A stretch of 64,000 bases of DNA, from assembly GCA_015075185.1 (NCBI GenBank), contig JABTUW010000004.1, positions 1,144,761 to 1,208,760 on the forward strand, in the 5' to 3' direction. Positions 60,678-64,000 of this stretch are shown one piece after another. Position 1 is the stretch's first letter. Each line of letters opens with the position of its first letter. The stretch is from Anaerolineales bacterium. Its GTDB lineage: Bacteria; Chloroflexota; Anaerolineae; 4572-78; J111. The notes under the pieces were generated by a model. It made no database searches and was not told where the DNA came from. It saw nothing but the letters and a program-made list of their open reading frames with translations. The translations under genes and the position numbers were made by a program.

Positions 60678-63600
60678 ATGGCAGTCTCTCTATCGGGCTA
60701 TCAAGTTAAGGAAACGATTCACGAAAGTAGTAGCTCGCTGGTTTACCGGGGACTCTCCAGGACAAACAACCAATCTGTTATCCTCAAAATGCTGAAACAG
60801 GCCTACCCTTCCCCGGAAAAGATCGCCTGGTTCAAGCGAGAATTTGAAAGAACCCAGAACTTGAACCCTTCACCCGATACGGGAAAGGCTCTGCCAGGTG
60901 TCGTGGAAGCTTACAGCCTGGAAAGTGACCAACAGCGCTGGATCATGGTGCTGGAAGATTTTGGCGGCGACTCCCTCGACCGGTACCTCCGGCGCAAACC
61001 CTTCACCGTCACTGAGTTTCTACCGCTGGCCCTTGAGATAGCCGAAATTTTGGGGCAAATCCATCAACGACAAATCATCCATAAAGATATTAACCCTTCC
61101 AACATTGTTTTGCACCCGACGAGCCGCCAGATCAAAATTATTGACTTTGGCATTTCCACAACCCTCTCCCGTGAAAACCCGACCCTCCGCAATCCTAACG
61201 TTTTGGAAGGAACGTTGGCTTACATCTCCCCGGAACAAACAGGACGGATGAATCGGGCTTTAGACTATCGCACCGATTTTTACTCTCTGGGCGTCACCTT
61301 TTATCAGATGTTGACGGGTGAATTACCCTTTCCATCCTCCGATGCGCTGGCGTTAGTCCATGCCCATCTTGCCAAACAGCCCATCCCGCCCCATGAACTT
61401 AATGCCGCTATTCCCCTGCCGCTCTCCCAAATTGTTCTCAAGCTGATGGCTAAAAACGCCGAAGATCGCTACCAGTCGGTGATCGGCCTTAAGGCGGATT
61501 TAGCGGAATGTCTGCGCCAGTGGCAGACCAGCGGGCTGATTGAGCCTTTTTCTCTGGGCCAGCATGATATTGCCGATCACTTCCAAATTCCCCAAAAACT
61601 GTATGGCCGAGAACAGGAAATCGAGCAACTCTTATCTGCTTTTGAGCGTGTTGGCCAGGGCGCCTGTGAAATGATGCTGGTCTCCGGTTATGCCGGCGTT
61701 GGCAAATCAGCCTTGATCCAGGAAGTCTACCGGCCCATCACCCGCCAACGCGGCTACTTCATCGCCGGCAAGTTCGACCAATTGCAGCGAAATATTCCCT
61801 ATGCCTCTCTCGTTCGCGCCTTTCAGTCTTTAATTCAGCAGCTTTTGGCGGGGAATGAGGCAGAAATCACCGAGTGGCGCACCAAAATGTTAGACGCTCT
61901 AGGCTCAAACGCCCAGGTCATTATCGAAATAATTCCCCAGGTGGAACTGATTGTTGGCCCTCAACCGGCAGCGCCTGACCTGCCCCCGTCCGAAGCTCAG
62001 AACCGCTTCAAGCTGGTCTTTCAAAACTTTATCCGGGTATTTACCCGGCCAGAACACCCGCTCGTGCTCTTTCTGGACGATTTGCAATGGGCCGACATTG
62101 CTTCGCTGGATTTGCTCAAATTGCTACTGACCGCGCCGGACAGCCAATACCTGTTTGTCATCGGGGCATATCGGGATAATGAAGTCGGCGAGGCTCACCC
62201 GCTGGGATTGACCCTGGCCGATATCCAACAGGCCGGCAGACCCACCGCTCATATTTCTCTCAAGCCCTTAGACTTTCCCCATGTTAATCAGTTCATGGCC
62301 GATATGCTCCACACCTCACCAGAGAGGGTCACACCTCTGGCCGAGTTAGTGACGGCCAAAACCGCCGGCAACCCCTTTTTCATGAATGAGTTTTTGAAAT
62401 CACTCTATACCGAGTCGCTGCTGGTATTTGAGCATACCCCCGATAAAGAAGTCCAGGGGAGCGGCTGGCGCTGGAACCTGGCGGAAATTCAAGCGCGGGA
62501 CATGACCAGTAATGTCGTCGAACTGATGGCCGGCAAGATTCAGAGATTGAGCCAGGAGACGCAGCAGGTTTTGAAGCTGGCTGCTTGCATCGGCAACCAA
62601 TTCGATCTTCACACTCTGGCCCTTGTCCATGAAAAATTGCCCGGCCAGACAGCCGCCGATTTATGGCAGGCTATTACGGAGGGCTTAGTTTTGCCTCTGA
62701 ATGATGTCTACAAAGTCATGGACCTGGAGGTCGAGGGGTTGGCTGATGAAGTAACGGTTGACTATAGGTTTGCTCACGACCGTATCCAGCAGGCGGCCTA
62801 TTATCTTCTTTCGGACGAGGATAAAGAAGCCGTTCACCGCCAGGTAGGGCAACTCATCCTGCGGCATACTCCCCCGGAAAAGCGCGAGCAGAAGATCTTT
62901 GAAATTGTTGACCAACTGAATTTGGGTCTCAAACACATCAGCAGCCAGACAGAACGGCTGGAATTGGCAGAATTAAACCTGCTGGCCGGTCAAAAAGCAA
63001 AGGGGACAGCGGCCTATCAAGCCGCCCTCAATTACCTGCGGATGGGTATCGGCTTGCTTGGAGAAGATAGCTGGTCGCAACAGTATGAGCTGAGTTTGGC
63101 GCTCTATATCGAAGCAACAGAAGCGGCCTACCTCAGCGGTGACTATGACGGAATGGAGCAGTTGAGCGGGGTCGTACTCCAACACGCCAACAGCCTCCTC
63201 GATAAGGTGAAAGTATATGAATGTCTCATCGAGGCCGGTTATGTTGCCCAGCACAGAATCATGGAAGCAATCAAGGTGGGGCTTGACGTTCTGGAACAAT
63301 TGGGGCTGAAACTACCGGACAAACCGGATTATGCGGACATTGGGCGCGCTCTTGAAGAGACCTACGAGGCTATCGCCGGCAAGGACATCGAGGAGCTCAT
63401 CAATCTGCCGGAAATGACCGACCCCTCCAAACAGGCGACGATAGCTTTGCTGATGAGGTTGTTCAGCCCGGCTTATATTGGCGCGCCGGAATTGTTTGTG
63501 CTGATTGTTCTGAGCGTCGTCAGGTTATCTGTTGAATATGGCAATACCCCTCTGTCGGCTCAGGCTTACGCCTCTTACGGGTTGATCCTCTGCGCCGTAG

Positions 63601-64000
63601 TCGGCGATATTGATGCCGGCTATCGTTTTGGCAAACTCGCTTTGAAGCTGGTTGAACAGTTCAATGCCCAGGAAATCAAAGCCAGCACTATGTTTATGGT
63701 TAATGGCTTCGTCAAACACTGGCAGGAGCCTCTCCGGGCCACGCAGCGCCCCTTGCTTGAGTCCTATCAAATTGGCCTTGAAACAGGGGCGATAGAATAT
63801 GCTGCTTTGGCAGCGTTTGTCTACACTTATCATGCCTACTGGACCGGCATGCCCCTGGCTGAGCTTGACCATGAGCTGGCCAAATATAGTGAGGCGATTG
63901 ACCAACTCAAGCAAGGCACGGTTTTGGATTTGAATAAGCAATATCGGCAAGCTGTTTTGAACTTGATGGGACAGGCAGAAAACCCGTCTCACTTAAAGGG
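60678..64000 (+). CDS. Ser/Thr protein kinase - AAA_16 (STAND-type) ATPase multidomain protein, 5' part (runs off the window)
   Basis: Read by hand; not in the ORF track because no stop is reached. Kinase motifs IIHKDINPSNIV, IIDFGIS and LAYISPEQ. P-loop VSGYAGVGKSALI and Walker B LFLDDLQWAD, then a helical-repeat region. Confidence 0.8.
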   Translation, partial: MAVSLSGYQVKETIHESSSSLVYRGLSRTNNQSVILKMLKQAYPSPEKIAWFKREFERTQNLNPSPDTGKALPGVVEAYSLESDQQRWIMVLEDFGGDSLDRYLRRKPFTVTEFLPLALEIAEILGQIHQRQIIHKDINPSNIVLHPTSRQIKIIDFGISTTLSRENPTLRNPNVLEGTLAYISPEQTGRMNRALDYRTDFYSLGVTFYQMLTGELPFPSSDALALVHAHLAKQPIPPHELNAAIPLPLSQIVLKLMAKNAEDRYQSVIGLKADLAECLRQWQTSGLIEPFSLGQHDIADHFQIPQKLYGREQEIEQLLSAFERVGQGACEMMLVSGYAGVGKSALIQEVYRPITRQRGYFIAGKFDQLQRNIPYASLVRAFQSLIQQLLAGNEAEITEWRTKMLDALGSNAQVIIEIIPQVELIVGPQPAAPDLPPSEAQNRFKLVFQNFIRVFTRPEHPLVLFLDDLQWADIASLDLLKLLLTAPDSQYLFVIGAYRDNEVGEAHPLGLTLADIQQAGRPTAHISLKPLDFPHVNQFMADMLHTSPERVTPLAELVTAKTAGNPFFMNEFLKSLYTESLLVFEHTPDKEVQGSGWRWNLAEIQARDMTSNVVELMAGKIQRLSQETQQVLKLAACIGNQFDLHTLALVHEKLPGQTAADLWQAITEGLVLPLNDVYKVMDLEVEGLADEVTVDYRFAHDRIQQAAYYLLSDEDKEAVHRQVGQLILRHTPPEKREQKIFEIVDQLNLGLKHISSQTERLELAELNLLAGQKAKGTAAYQAALNYLRMGIGLLGEDSWSQQYELSLALYIEATEAAYLSGDYDGMEQLSGVVLQHANSLLDKVKVYECLIEAGYVAQHRIMEAIKVGLDVLEQLGLKLPDKPDYADIGRALEETYEAIAGKDIEELINLPEMTDPSKQATIALLMRLFSPAYIGAPELFVLIVLSVVRLSVEYGNTPLSAQAYASYGLILCAVVGDIDAGYRFGKLALKLVEQFNAQEIKASTMFMVNGFVKHWQEPLRATQRPLLESYQIGLETGAIEYAALAAFVYTYHAYWTGMPLAELDHELAKYSEAIDQLKQGTVLDLNKQYRQAVLNLMGQAENPSHLK

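Overview
64-kb high-GC bacterial chromosomal window. The gene style (short IF-2, acidic-tailed NusA, many ABC systems, STAND/TPR regulators) fits a Chloroflexota-like organism, but taxonomy is inference only. I recognised no rRNA, tRNA, CRISPR array, transposase or integrase. Left to right: (1) A BMP-family nucleoside-type ABC importer (binding protein, ATPase, two permeases, Fcy1-like cytosine deaminase). It is interrupted by about 4 kb of unrelated genes, including a visibly AT-rich islet with an adaptor-helix/TIR/unknown-domain protein and an orphan MntA-type nucleotidyltransferase followed by a truncated HepT-like start. (2) A sugar-ABC locus where a paralogous permease and a degenerate ABC ATPase domain fused to a NarL-class histidine kinase share an operon with a REC-HTH-REC regulator. 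This operon is divergent from a transporter whose binding protein is a triple tandem fusion carrying a near-perfect 951-bp duplication. (3) Assorted metabolic and accessory genes. (4) A duplicated YbhGFSR-like ABC-2 efflux locus: 3 regulators, 4 permeases, 2 ATPases and 2 HlyD adaptors, one frameshifted and one fused to SH3b. (5) The nusA-ylxR-infB-rbfA-truB-ribF block. (6) An AT-rich cassette of small unknown minus-strand genes preceded by 11-bp-phased direct-repeat promoter elements, next to a SARP(BTAD)-NB-ARC-TPR regulator. (7) An NHLP-leader azole RiPP (TOMM) cluster: precursor, fused cyclodehydratase, SagB dehydrogenase, PhyH-type dioxygenase and flavin amine oxidase. (8) The 5' part of a giant Ser/Thr-kinase/AAA gene. 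The best candidates for something new are the transporter-derived sensor-kinase system, the RiPP cluster with its neighbouring SARP regulon, and the TIR islet. All domain calls come from motif recognition by eye; no searches were run.
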